Shown here one piece after another: positions 50,754 to 61,040 of a stretch of 64,000 nucleotides of DNA (the stretch's first letter is position 1; every line of letters begins with the position of its first letter). The DNA is from Cercozoa sp. M6MM (taxonomy: Eukaryota; Protista; Endomyxa: Ascetosporea). The position numbers were made by a program, and so were the translations under genes. Location of the stretch: assembly GCA_040357565.1 (NCBI GenBank), contig JBDODJ010000005.1; one strand, 5' to 3'. The notes under the pieces are model-generated. The model saw only the letters and a list, made by a program, of their open reading frames with translations, did not search any database and was not told where the DNA came from.

Positions 50754-52751
50754 ATAGAAAAACTTTGAATTTAGGTTAGAACCAATAAAATATCTCTAAA
50801 ACCGCCTAAGCAGCCGATCGGCGGCAGATACTGTATTACTTTTGCTCGATGGAGCGACGACAAGTATTATTAAAACTCCCACTGTCTGCCATTAGCATTA
50901 AAAACCAGCGAACCGGTGTGGGACATTGTTTTTATTAGCTGAGCATTGCTCTATTTTGTGAAACAGCACGTTGTATCCGTGAATCCACATTTGATTGGTA
51001 TGTATTTTTGCAGGGCGGAGCCGAAATGTCGCCACCTCGAAAGAAGCGACGCAAAGGTGCCGATTGTTGTCTGTGATAGCTAACGTTAAAAGGTGGCTTA
51101 TGTCTTGTTGTCTGTGCGTGTTTCCAGAGGCCGAGGATGACAAGCCGACACAGGAGGTGCGCTATGCCTTTGGCGTCGACGCCGATCACGACTTCGTGTC
51201 AACAACGACGCTGCCTCGTGTGCGCTCGTCTGTACCAGCGGTACCTTTTAATTCCGTCTCGCCTAGTCCATTCCTGTCCTGTCCTGTCCTGTCTATTCAG
51301 TCCAGTTGTGTGTATGTAGCCAGCCGACATGCCACGTGACCCGCGGCGACCCGAGTCTTCCCAGCAGCAAGAGGACTACGCTGACTTTTTATTCGGCAGG
51401 CAGGCCGATTCTCTGGCGACGCAATACATCAGTGCACGACGGCGTCTGCTCACTCCTGACAACAAGATACTGCCTGTGGTAAGGAATACGGGTATGGGGG
51501 GTCAGAGGTAATGGTGAGGGTAAAGGGGTACAATTATCTGTGCGTGTGCGTATAATCGCAGCTGAAAAAAACAACACTAAACCTATCGCTGGCGCACTCG
51601 GTGCTGGACAACAACTTCATTCCGCGAGATGGACATGTCAAGGTGTTGTTAAGGCACGTCGTGCGACTCGGCCGGCGCATGCTAAGCCGTACTTTCTCCT
51701 TGCCCCCTCTTTCCCCTTTCTTTCCTCCCCTTTTACCCTTTTCCCACCCTTAATGTGTATGTGTGTGTGTGTATGACAGCGGGTCAGGTGTACCGCGTGC
51801 GTCAGGAGCGTTTCCTAAAGAAACGCGGGCACGTGCCGATCCAGATGAGGGTCGGGGTGAGTGGCACTGACGGTGACACTGGCGACGAGATCGTGCACGT
51901 GCCTACTGGGGCCTGTGTGCGCTACGAAGTCGACATGCCCGTTGATCTGCTGAATCTCACCTTGCGCGACTCGCAGCACTACAGGTAAGGTTATGCCCCC
52001 CCCCCCCCCGACTTGCCCCCTTCCTCTTCATCCCTACCCTCGATGCACACAGACCAGCGACGTGCGCACTGATGCAGATGCGTATGCAGGTGTGGGTCCA
52101 CATGGACCGCGCGGACTTGGCTGCCGACTGCTACCACGCCATTGTAGTTTCGCCCCATGCACCCACACCCTCATGTGTACCATGAGGTGACCACAGGACC
52201 CGTCGCTGAGGGTGCGCCGCGTGTTGCGACCCGAGACGGTGTCGAGTGCCGTGCTGAGTGCCGAGACCTGCGACGGCCGACGTCTGCTGCTGCACGAGGC
52301 CATGCAGGTGCCGTGCAGTGCCGATGCCGTCGTGTATGCCGACTACGAAAGGACCTTGGTGGAGGATGTACCACCTGCCCTACACCCTCTTACTTTCACC
52401 CCTGCCCCTGCCCCTCCTTTACCCCCCCCCGTTCCCAGACAAACCTGCAGCAGGCGGTGGCGGCGTCGCAGTCGGTGTTCGCGCAGCTGCTACTGATGCA
52501 GAAGGGGAGTGCACTGCCCACGGTGCGCTCGTGTCTTGAGCGACTGCGGCGGCAACTGCAGCGAGTGCAAGATCTGGTGCAGCAACGCGTGCGGCAGCTG
52601 CAGCAACAGCAGGAGGACCGCGCCCTGGCGATGCAGTTAAATGCTAAATTGGACGCTGCACGGCACAAGATCGTCAAGTCCAACATTGTTGTCCAGTACT
52701 GTCGCCCTACTCCCCTACCCCGCCCTACCCCTACCACCCCCCCACACACAC

Positions 52752-52802
<51 letters not shown>

Positions 52803-53122
52803 CAGACTGGCTTACTTGCGGTCGTTGCCGGGATGTGCACCAGATACGCGCATTGTTTTCAAGGTGTTTACCCCCACCCTTTACCCCTTTGCCCCCTACT
52901 TCCTTCCAACTCGTAGAGACACACGATCGTGGAAGACTTGAAACCTCTGTTTAAGAAATTCTTTGTATTTACCCCTTTACCCTTGCTCCCCCTCCCCCCC
53001 CGTTACCCTTGTCAAATAGAAGCGCAACATGAGGGACTTTATGGAACGACTGAGTGCTATCTTCACTGAGGTAGAGCACTTTTGCACCTACCCTACTCCC
53101 CCTGTATCCTGCTATCCCCCAC
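45858..53122 (+). repeat. Intronic degenerate (CT)TACCCC C-rich repeats
   Basis: Most introns in the 3' two-thirds of PAN2 and many in the next gene are built from TTACCCC/CTACCCC units (e.g. 49180-49346). Confidence 0.9.
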
Positions 53123-53568
53123 AGTACGAGGAGAGCGCGTCGCTGGACCAGCGCCTGCTGCTGACGGCATTGGGCTTTGTGAACGTGTCACCCGACGGCA
53201 CGGCGGCGCACGTGGACGCGTCGCAGGATCTGACGGCGCTGACGGCTGCTCTGCGTCGTCACGTGGTCGACTCCGGCGTCGACGTGTCCTCCATCGACGT
53301 TGTGCGGCACTTTGACGCCTTCGTGCCACTCAGCAGTGACACCGTCAGTATCAGTACCAGTGACGCCGCCACCAACACCGACACCAACACCGACGGTTCT
53401 AACTTTGTGACGGTGACACAGATGCATCGCGACCTGCATCTGATACCGTCGGTGGCACTCCATCTCAATCTGACGGCGCTGCTGTCGCCGACGCGTGCGC
53501 CTCTCTGGCGGTGCCTTCTGACTGGGAGGGGTGGGAGGGGGTGTTTGACTGGGGGACGGTGTCTGTGT

Positions 53569-53655
<87 letters not shown>

Positions 53656-55801
53656 TGATCAGTGCGGCCGACCCACGTGCCTACCTGCCGGTCAAGGACG
53701 GAGACACCACGCGACTCTACTTCTTCGTGCCTCTGGCCTTGCGTCGCGTCCCGTGCTGGGTCACGCTGCTGCGTATCCTCGGCATGCGGCCTGTCGGTGA
53801 TGGTACCACCACTGCACTATGTCTCTACGCTATATGACTGGACTGGACTGGATTGGACTGGACTGGACTGGACTTGACTTGACTGTACTGGACTGGACTG
53901 GACTGACTTGACTGTAGTCACCGGCATCAACTCGGGCGGTGCCTTCCTGCGCCATCGCTGCGACGTGCAGTCCGTGCAGCGACTGCTGGCCATCCTGCTG
54001 CACGAGGCCACCTCTGATATCAACGACAAGATACGTGCATATCTGGTACCCTCTTGCAGTTAGACTGTTGGTGATTGGTAGTATGGACTGGATGGACTGC
54101 CTGCCTTTTAGCTGAGGAAACTGGACGGTTTGCGCGGTCGTGCCAGTGTGCCGGCACAGCGCGCCTACTTCAACGAGCACCGGCTGAGTTTCGAGCCGAC
54201 CCTGTCATCGTCGTACCAGCAGCAGCAGCAGCAGTGTTCGACGCAGGTGCGCACGCTGCACCGCAGACTGGTACAGCAGCTGCAAAGAGAGCTGCTGCTC
54301 GAGCACTCGTCGGCGCAGCTGCTGCAGGTGCCGCACCCGCAGCTGCGACTGCTGCGACGCGACGCACTTCGTGTGCTCGGCTCTGACTCTGCCTTTCGGG
54401 TACCCCACAGCACTGTGCTTTGAAGTCACACAATGTGTCCCTTGGATGCATATGCAGCAACTGGAGGCGACAGAGTGGCCGGTGCGGTACCAGATGCGAG
54501 CGAGTGAGGCGACACCGCAGTCGCAGGCGCGACTACGCAAGGTGCAGGAGCGACTGCGCGACGTGGGCGTGTTCGTCACACCGCGGACGGCGTCGGCCAA
54601 GCAGCAGCAGCAGCAAGACATGCAGGAGCAGCAGGCACTGCTGCAGTCGATGGTGCGCAAGGTATCGCCGCTACGTGCCGTGCTGCCGGTGTTGGACTCG
54701 CGTGCAGTAGACGGTGCCGTTGACTTGACTCGAGTCACGTGGCAGGGCCGTATCTCACTCCTCAAGGTGGCGCGTGATACGACTCGCTTCGAATCGCGCG
54801 TGCGCACACTGCAGCAGCGAGCCATGCTGCAGCTGGCGGCCTCACAGGTCAACAACAGGTCCCCGCGGAAGCAGTCACGGTCGCTGGCGGTGGCTCTGCT
54901 GCGACGTGCCTGTCAGTTGGAGCGACGACTGGAGAGATCTGCCCAGGCGACTGCTCCTACCACACGGCGCATTATGAAACGCGTCCGAGTGACACGTCGT
55001 GGCACCACCACAACCGCACAAACAAAGCAGCAGCAGTCAGAACTAGTGACTTCGCTGCCGTCGGTGTCGGCATCGTCGACACTCGAGTCGGCGCTGCTGC
55101 TGCTGGCACGTGCGCAGGTGGCATTGCACGCCCACATTGACGCTGACCTCGTGGCAGCCCTGACTGCGCTGCGCCGACTGTGCGCGCGGAAGGGTCAGGG
55201 TCACCGCCGACCCAACGAGCAGCAGCAGCAGGACGAGGCGACCCGATTGGCACTCTGGCTGTGTGCGGAACTGAAGCTTTTTCCGACCGCCGACAGCACC
55301 GGTTCGAACGGCGACTTTGAGGCGCGACTCTTCAAGCTGCAGAAGGACAGCAGGAGGTTCGTTCGTGACGTCGTCGTGCAGTCCGCGGACTCGCTGCAGT
55401 GGGCACAGGCCATGCACTGGCAGCCTAACTTGAACGCGCACACTCACTCTCACACTAACACTGACACTGACACCGACACAGACGCAGGAGAGCAAGCCTT
55501 GCGACTGCTTATTCCGCAGGCCACGACACTCGACAGTACCGAAGCACGCGTCCGCAGTGCCGTCGCCAAAGTGGCTGACTCGGTGCATAAACTCGGCTCG
55601 GTCTGCGGAGCGCCCAGTGACACTGACAGCAGCAACAGCACTAACTCGTCTGCCAGCGCCAGAAACAGCGAGGCGGCTGACGTGGAGTCGCTCGAAGACG
55701 AAGATCGCACTGTCAGTCGAAGCAATGATAGTGTCTCCGTGGCTGAAACGTCGATGTGCAGCGATTGGGACTCGGACGGTGACTGGGCCGATGACGTATG
55801 A
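51026..55801 (+). CDS. Large hypothetical protein with an N-terminal NLS and coiled-coil/Gln-rich regions
   Basis: Starts MSPPRKKRRK, has many GT-AG exons and a long terminal exon (~54458-55801). No family recognised. Confidence 0.6.
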
Positions 55802-55937
55802 CTGTGGATGACTGGATGTTCGCACCTACGCTACTAGCTTACGTCGCAGACAGCATCATACGGGGTGCACATCAAAACCCAATCGATCAAACGCAAAGTG
55901 ATTGTTTGCTGGAAACTCACGACAGACAGTGATCAAA

Positions 55938-56033
55938 GCGGTTGATGCCGATCAAAAACACGTACGAAGTGGTTGATACCGATCATAACCACGTGCGATG
56001 TAGCAGTTGATATCGATCAAAACCACGTGGGAA
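55938..56033. repeat. Three-copy ~31-34 bp minisatellite with a palindromic core and CACGT(G)
   Basis: gcggTTGATgccGATCAaaaaCACGTac / gtggTTGATaccGATCAtaacCACGTGc / gcagTTGATatcGATCAaaacCACGTGg. Confidence 0.85.
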
Positions 56034-56136
56034 GGTTAGTCGTTTTATTGGGGGGAGCGCAATCATCTGATTCTTGGATTTCAGCCGATGGTTTTGTTTG
56101 TTGCCTTCGTTAACTGCACCTCACACGTACAGCGTG

Positions 56137-59100
56137 ATGGGTGTCTGTGCATCGCAGGCTCACACCGCCACTTCGCAGGTACTAGAAATTAACGTATTAC
56201 CTTTTGCCACGTGATGATCTGGCCACTGACCCAGAGCGAAACCAGCCGTTCACAGCGAGTAAAAGAGACTCAGGCTCGAGTGGTTGAGGTTCTCCGATAA
56301 CTTCTCTTGTCCTCCTGTGCTTTTCTGCATTCTGGGGTTTGCACAGAAACTGCAGCCTGCATTCTCGGGAGCTCAAACAACGAAGACACATGACCTGGTA
56401 TACCTGTCATTCATTTCTGCAAGGTGCCCACGTTCTAACTTAAGTTTATGGACTGGCGTAGTTGCCGATTGAAATGGCCAAGCAAAAGTCGTTATTTCGC
56501 GCAGATGGTCTTTTGCGGTAAATGATCTTCATATATGTAAAAGAACAAAGAACACGCCCATTCCTTTCATCCCCATTCACTGTACCTTATCACTGGTCCC
56601 TATACCCCTTTACCTTTTACCTTTCACTTCTTGTACCCCACCTTTTGCCTCCTCTAACCCCCTTTCTCTCCCTTTGTCTTTGTCTCTTTCCCATCCGTAC
56701 CCCTACACCCATTTACCGTACCTCTTGTCCGTTTTGCCGCCTCCCCTTCACCCTTGCTGCCTGCCCAGAAATTTAAAGAAGTTGCTGGTCTCCTTCAAGG
56801 CGAATCTGTCCAAGAATGAGGACTATGCTGAGGTCCAAGCCCCTTTGGCTTTCGATAATTTACTACGTATTCACCCCAAAAATTCAACCACCATTGACAG
56901 GATGACAAGGTCGACTTGCTTTCGCCAAACCTTGAAATTGACGAGATCCTTAGTAATAGCGGTAAATTTCTGTTTGACACACACACACACACACACACAC
57001 CACGCTAATTTAGTGCTACACGAGGCGTTCGCACGGTTCACCTTGGCAAAGCTAGCAGAAGAATCGCTTTTGTTTGTGAACGGTAAAATACGCTGGAGAT
57101 TGACTTCTCAGTTCTCAACAGAGGAAAATGCTGTATGTAAAAAATCAGACGTATCGCAATACAAGGCGCATTCGTCGAAACGCTTGTTGGTAACAAAATA
57201 CTGCCCAATAAATTACTTGGACAGAGGGACTTTACCTGGAGCAGAGTTTCATTGCCGACGAGTACGTGCGCCGAGATGCACCGTTTGAAATCAACATGTC
57301 AGCCTCTGTGCGGTGCCTTGGTTTTCTGCCTTTTGTTTTGCTGTATCAATGGACTTGGTATCATATACAAGACAGTCAGAGCACTGAGAAAAAAATCGAC
57401 GAAGCTTTGGTTCAGACGACTGAAGAACTCGTTGGTACCTGGTTCGGCGATGGAACCGCGGCCTTTTCCGGTTTAGTTTAAAAATTTTACAACATCACAA
57501 TGGTAGCCGAGGAATATCAGTCTGTTTTGGACGGTGCGGACGCTGAGATCCGTATCCATAAACTATTTTTTTTTTTGTCAATAACTACTTATTAACACCT
57601 GTGTGTAGGTGAGTTGCTGAGGACTAATTTCGTTTCAAGCTTCGTTGTTGACTTTAACCGACGAGTCAAACAGGGCTGTGGTAAATTTACTGCTGAGTTG
57701 TTCAACTGGAAAAATGAAGTATTGGGCACTTAGAAGCCAACAACGTCGGCAACGGAAAGCATCGCGTTGTTGTTTTGGGTGCTGGTCCTGGTGGAGTCGG
57801 TATCACTTTTTAGTTCAACCGACTGGTTTACCTCTGAGGCTGTGCAACTTTCACGCAGCTGTGGCAACTGGATTGCGCAACAATCCAAACGTGCATTTGA
57901 CGCTTATCAAGTATGTTGAACTTACTCTCTCAGTTCAGGGCTGGTTTCACATCCTGAGTGCCTCGATGTGATTAGTGACAAGGAGTACTTTGAGGACGTA
58001 CCGTCGATGGTGCATGCCTGTGTCGATTACACGGTGAGTCACCTTACCAATCAGATCGTTTTGTGTCTGTAACCTTGGACGTAAGAGGGGTTGCGCAGTA
58101 CCACGAGAAGGCTTCAATTCCTTTGCGCGATGTGTTTGGCAGCGACAGTGATGTACATAGTTTCATGCTCTCATATGCCTCCTTTGAGGTCCTTTTCGTT
58201 TCAATAGCAAGTCCGTCTCATCTTCGGCACAGTGCGTGCTGTCCGCGCGGACCATGGTATTCTTACATGGCTCTACATAGCTACGATAGTGCCATATATC
58301 TACGGTGTGAATAACGGCCAGTCATGGTGGGTACCGAGCAAGTGCGCTACGACAGTCTCGTTCTAGCCACAGGTGCTTGCTATGACGGCAACGTTCGCAC
58401 AGCCATCGGGTACATTCCATACCGTATCGATAATCTGTCATTCTTGGAACATGCTCGTCGGTACACAGTCGATCGCAGCAGTTGCGACGCAAACAGCTCA
58501 AAAAACAAAACCTTCACTGTAAAATTTAATTTCTACCGTGTTTCTACTTTGCTCTATCATTTATGTATGCAGACAAGAATGCCAAAAAGATCCTCATCGT
58601 CGGTGGTGGTCTCACCGGCTGCGGTAACCCTGCTTACGTACTTATATTCACGAAAAGCACACAATGGGTGTTCTCCGGTAGGTATGGCAAGCGAAGTGGC
58701 TGACATTCCAGGAAAGCGCGAGGTCACTCTGCTGTCCTCGAGCTGTCTGCTACGCCGAGTCCCTGGTGCGCACAGTCTCGTTGAGCGCGAACTCGCTTCG
58801 TTGGGCGTCCGGGTTATGTATTTGTAGATACGTGTCTTGTGGTGACTGTCTCTTATGCTGTGAACAAATGGCGCGCACAGTTGCGGTCAGGGATATCGTG
58901 TCGTGGACGCTGACGAGCGCAGTGTTACGTGCCGCAATGGCGAAACTTTCGTGTTTGATGCAATCATCTGGGCCGGTAAACCTTACGAAGTGTGCATTCG
59001 GTGCCTAAATTAGAACATGGGTATGTACATCTAGATATCACTTGTGTTGTCGTTTTCAGGTGGCCCGCGTGCCAACTCATCGTATGTGTCAACATTTGCA

Positions 59101-60110
59101 CCGATTGCCTCAGCGCTCACTCCTGTGTAATTCTAAATTTAACTTGCTTCGCCTCTGCTGTGTTGTTGTTGCTGTCTTTGCTGCGTAGGTGATATATGTG
59201 GTCTGCACAGTGGAGCTGTCAAGGTGGACAAGGCCATGCGCGTCTTAAGCGACCAGTACCTGATGCCATAGATTTTGCTGTACCTTTATCCCAAAGGAAT
59301 CAAGTGCCGCAACAAACAGGGGTCCTCTCAACCACATCTTCGCGGTGGGCGACATGATCACCGTCATCGACGAGAACAACGACATCTGTGGCTTTGAGAA
59401 GAACGTTCCCTTCGCACTGCAGGTAAACTTACTATCTACGATTACACTGCCAGCGACTTGCATTGAGTCGCAGTTTTGACACTGACCGCTGGTGTAATTT
59501 TATGTTCACAGTCTGGAATTGCTGTCGTCCAAAACATCAGCGCTTTCGTGTGAGCTGCTTCCATTTAAGCTGAGTGCAGTTGTGGATGAATTGTTCGTAA
59601 TGTGAGCAGGCGGAACGCTGAAGCGACCGAGTTGGCCGAGATAGAGTTGCGACCCGTAAAATCGATCTTCCTTTGTCTTCTTTTTCTTTTTTAATGCAGG
59701 GACATCTTACTTTGATTTGTATGAACACAGGGCGAAGTGCATGCCTTCATCTCACTCGGCCGATGCAAGACCATCAATCTGACGCCTGAATAGTACGTGT
59801 TCAGTGTAGTCGATCGGATATGTTCTGTGTCTGTTCCAACTTGCGACGCTGTGCAGCGCATTCGTGGACGACGAGGGCATGCAGTATAAAACCGCTGTGC
59901 AGTGCGGTGTCGTTGAGACGTTGCGAGACCACGGCGACAGCCAAGGAGCCTTGCCTTTTGTGGTACCAGCGTGCCTTCTGAGATGATTGGCTTGAAGAAA
60001 TTGTCATTTCATCGGCACAGGAAACCTACTATAACCGCATCGCACCCATCCTGGCAGAGGCGATGTATGAGCCGACTAAATTGCTCCTACAACAGCAGGA
60101 ATGCACATAA
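56137..60110 (+). CDS. RGS domain fused to an AIFM2/FSP1-like FAD/NAD(P)H oxidoreductase
   Basis: RGS motifs IDEILSNSVLHEAFARFTLAKLAEESLLFVNDVSQYK, IADEYVRRDAPFEINMS and VLDGADAEIRELLRTNFVSSF. These splice in frame to KHRVVVLGAGPGGVAVA, YDSLVLATG, KILIVGGGLTG, VKVDKAMRV and HIFAVGD. The 5' exons (56137-56830) are uncertain. Confidence 0.75.
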
Positions 60111-60290
60111 CGTCATGTTCGTCTCCATGGCTCGTCAATCGCTGTCTTTTTTCCCGTCCGTTGCCGGGTTACGCTTCGTCGTCACGTTTCTTTGCGTCAA
60201 CCCTCGTTGCGCGCGCCCGTGAGTGTTTGTGTCTGCTTTATGTGTGTCGCGTCGTTATATCACACTTTTTTGCTTTGATTTAAAATTATT

Positions 60291-61040
60291 ATCTATCTAT
60301 CTATCTAACTTACGCTAGCGGCCATCAGCGCGAGCGATCACCTCCACAACTGTTGGCTAGTGAGTGTTTTCGACGCTCGGCTTAGCCTACGCAGCTAGTA
60401 CCTTCCTTTGAGTTTCATTGAGATAGCGCTCACGTCACTCGCACGGTAGTATACTACGATACGTATTCAACGTCAGTAGGTTCACTTCTTAGTCTATTGT
60501 AAATTTAAGGTATAGTCCAGAGGACATAATCTTCTTTAAGGTTTGTAGGTACGGTACTGTACGTCGCGTACGATGCGGGTGTACAGGTGAGGCGCGATAC
60601 CGGGCGGTGCGTGGCTACGCTAGTTGAGACGATCGCGAGTTTAAGAAGCGAACGGAAGAAACCTGCGTGACTGATGTTACTTGGCTAACTACTCGCTCGG
60701 CGTGGAAGCACATCTCAGTCATGCCAAAAAGAAGTGAAGTGTTTTGCTAAAGTTGAGAGCTGGTAACTCGAGGGAAACCGATCACGAAGAACGAGTAGTA
60801 GTCATCAACACAGTAGCGATAAGGTACGGTAGCTAGGAGACGTTGAAGTCACAGCGCGTGCGATCCTCGCGCGTGAGCTCGATGCGCGTCTCACTAAGCC
60901 ACCTGTACACGCGACACAACATTGACACAACATTGACACAACATTGACACAGGCAGGAGAGAGGAGGGGTTCTGTACTTGATGCGCGTGTTGTGGAAGTG
61001 ATCGCTCGCACTGGTGGCCGCTAGGTAGATAGATAGATAG
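60291..61040. repeat. Inverted duplicate of an intron-acceptor/exon fragment of the WDR7-like gene
   Basis: 60315-60350 matches the reverse complement of 60989-61024 at 33/36 positions; both are adjoined by (ATCT)n. Confidence 0.8.

Noticed and set aside
55938-56033. CRISPR-like repeat array
   Set aside because: There are no unique spacers and no cas genes, and the context is eukaryotic.
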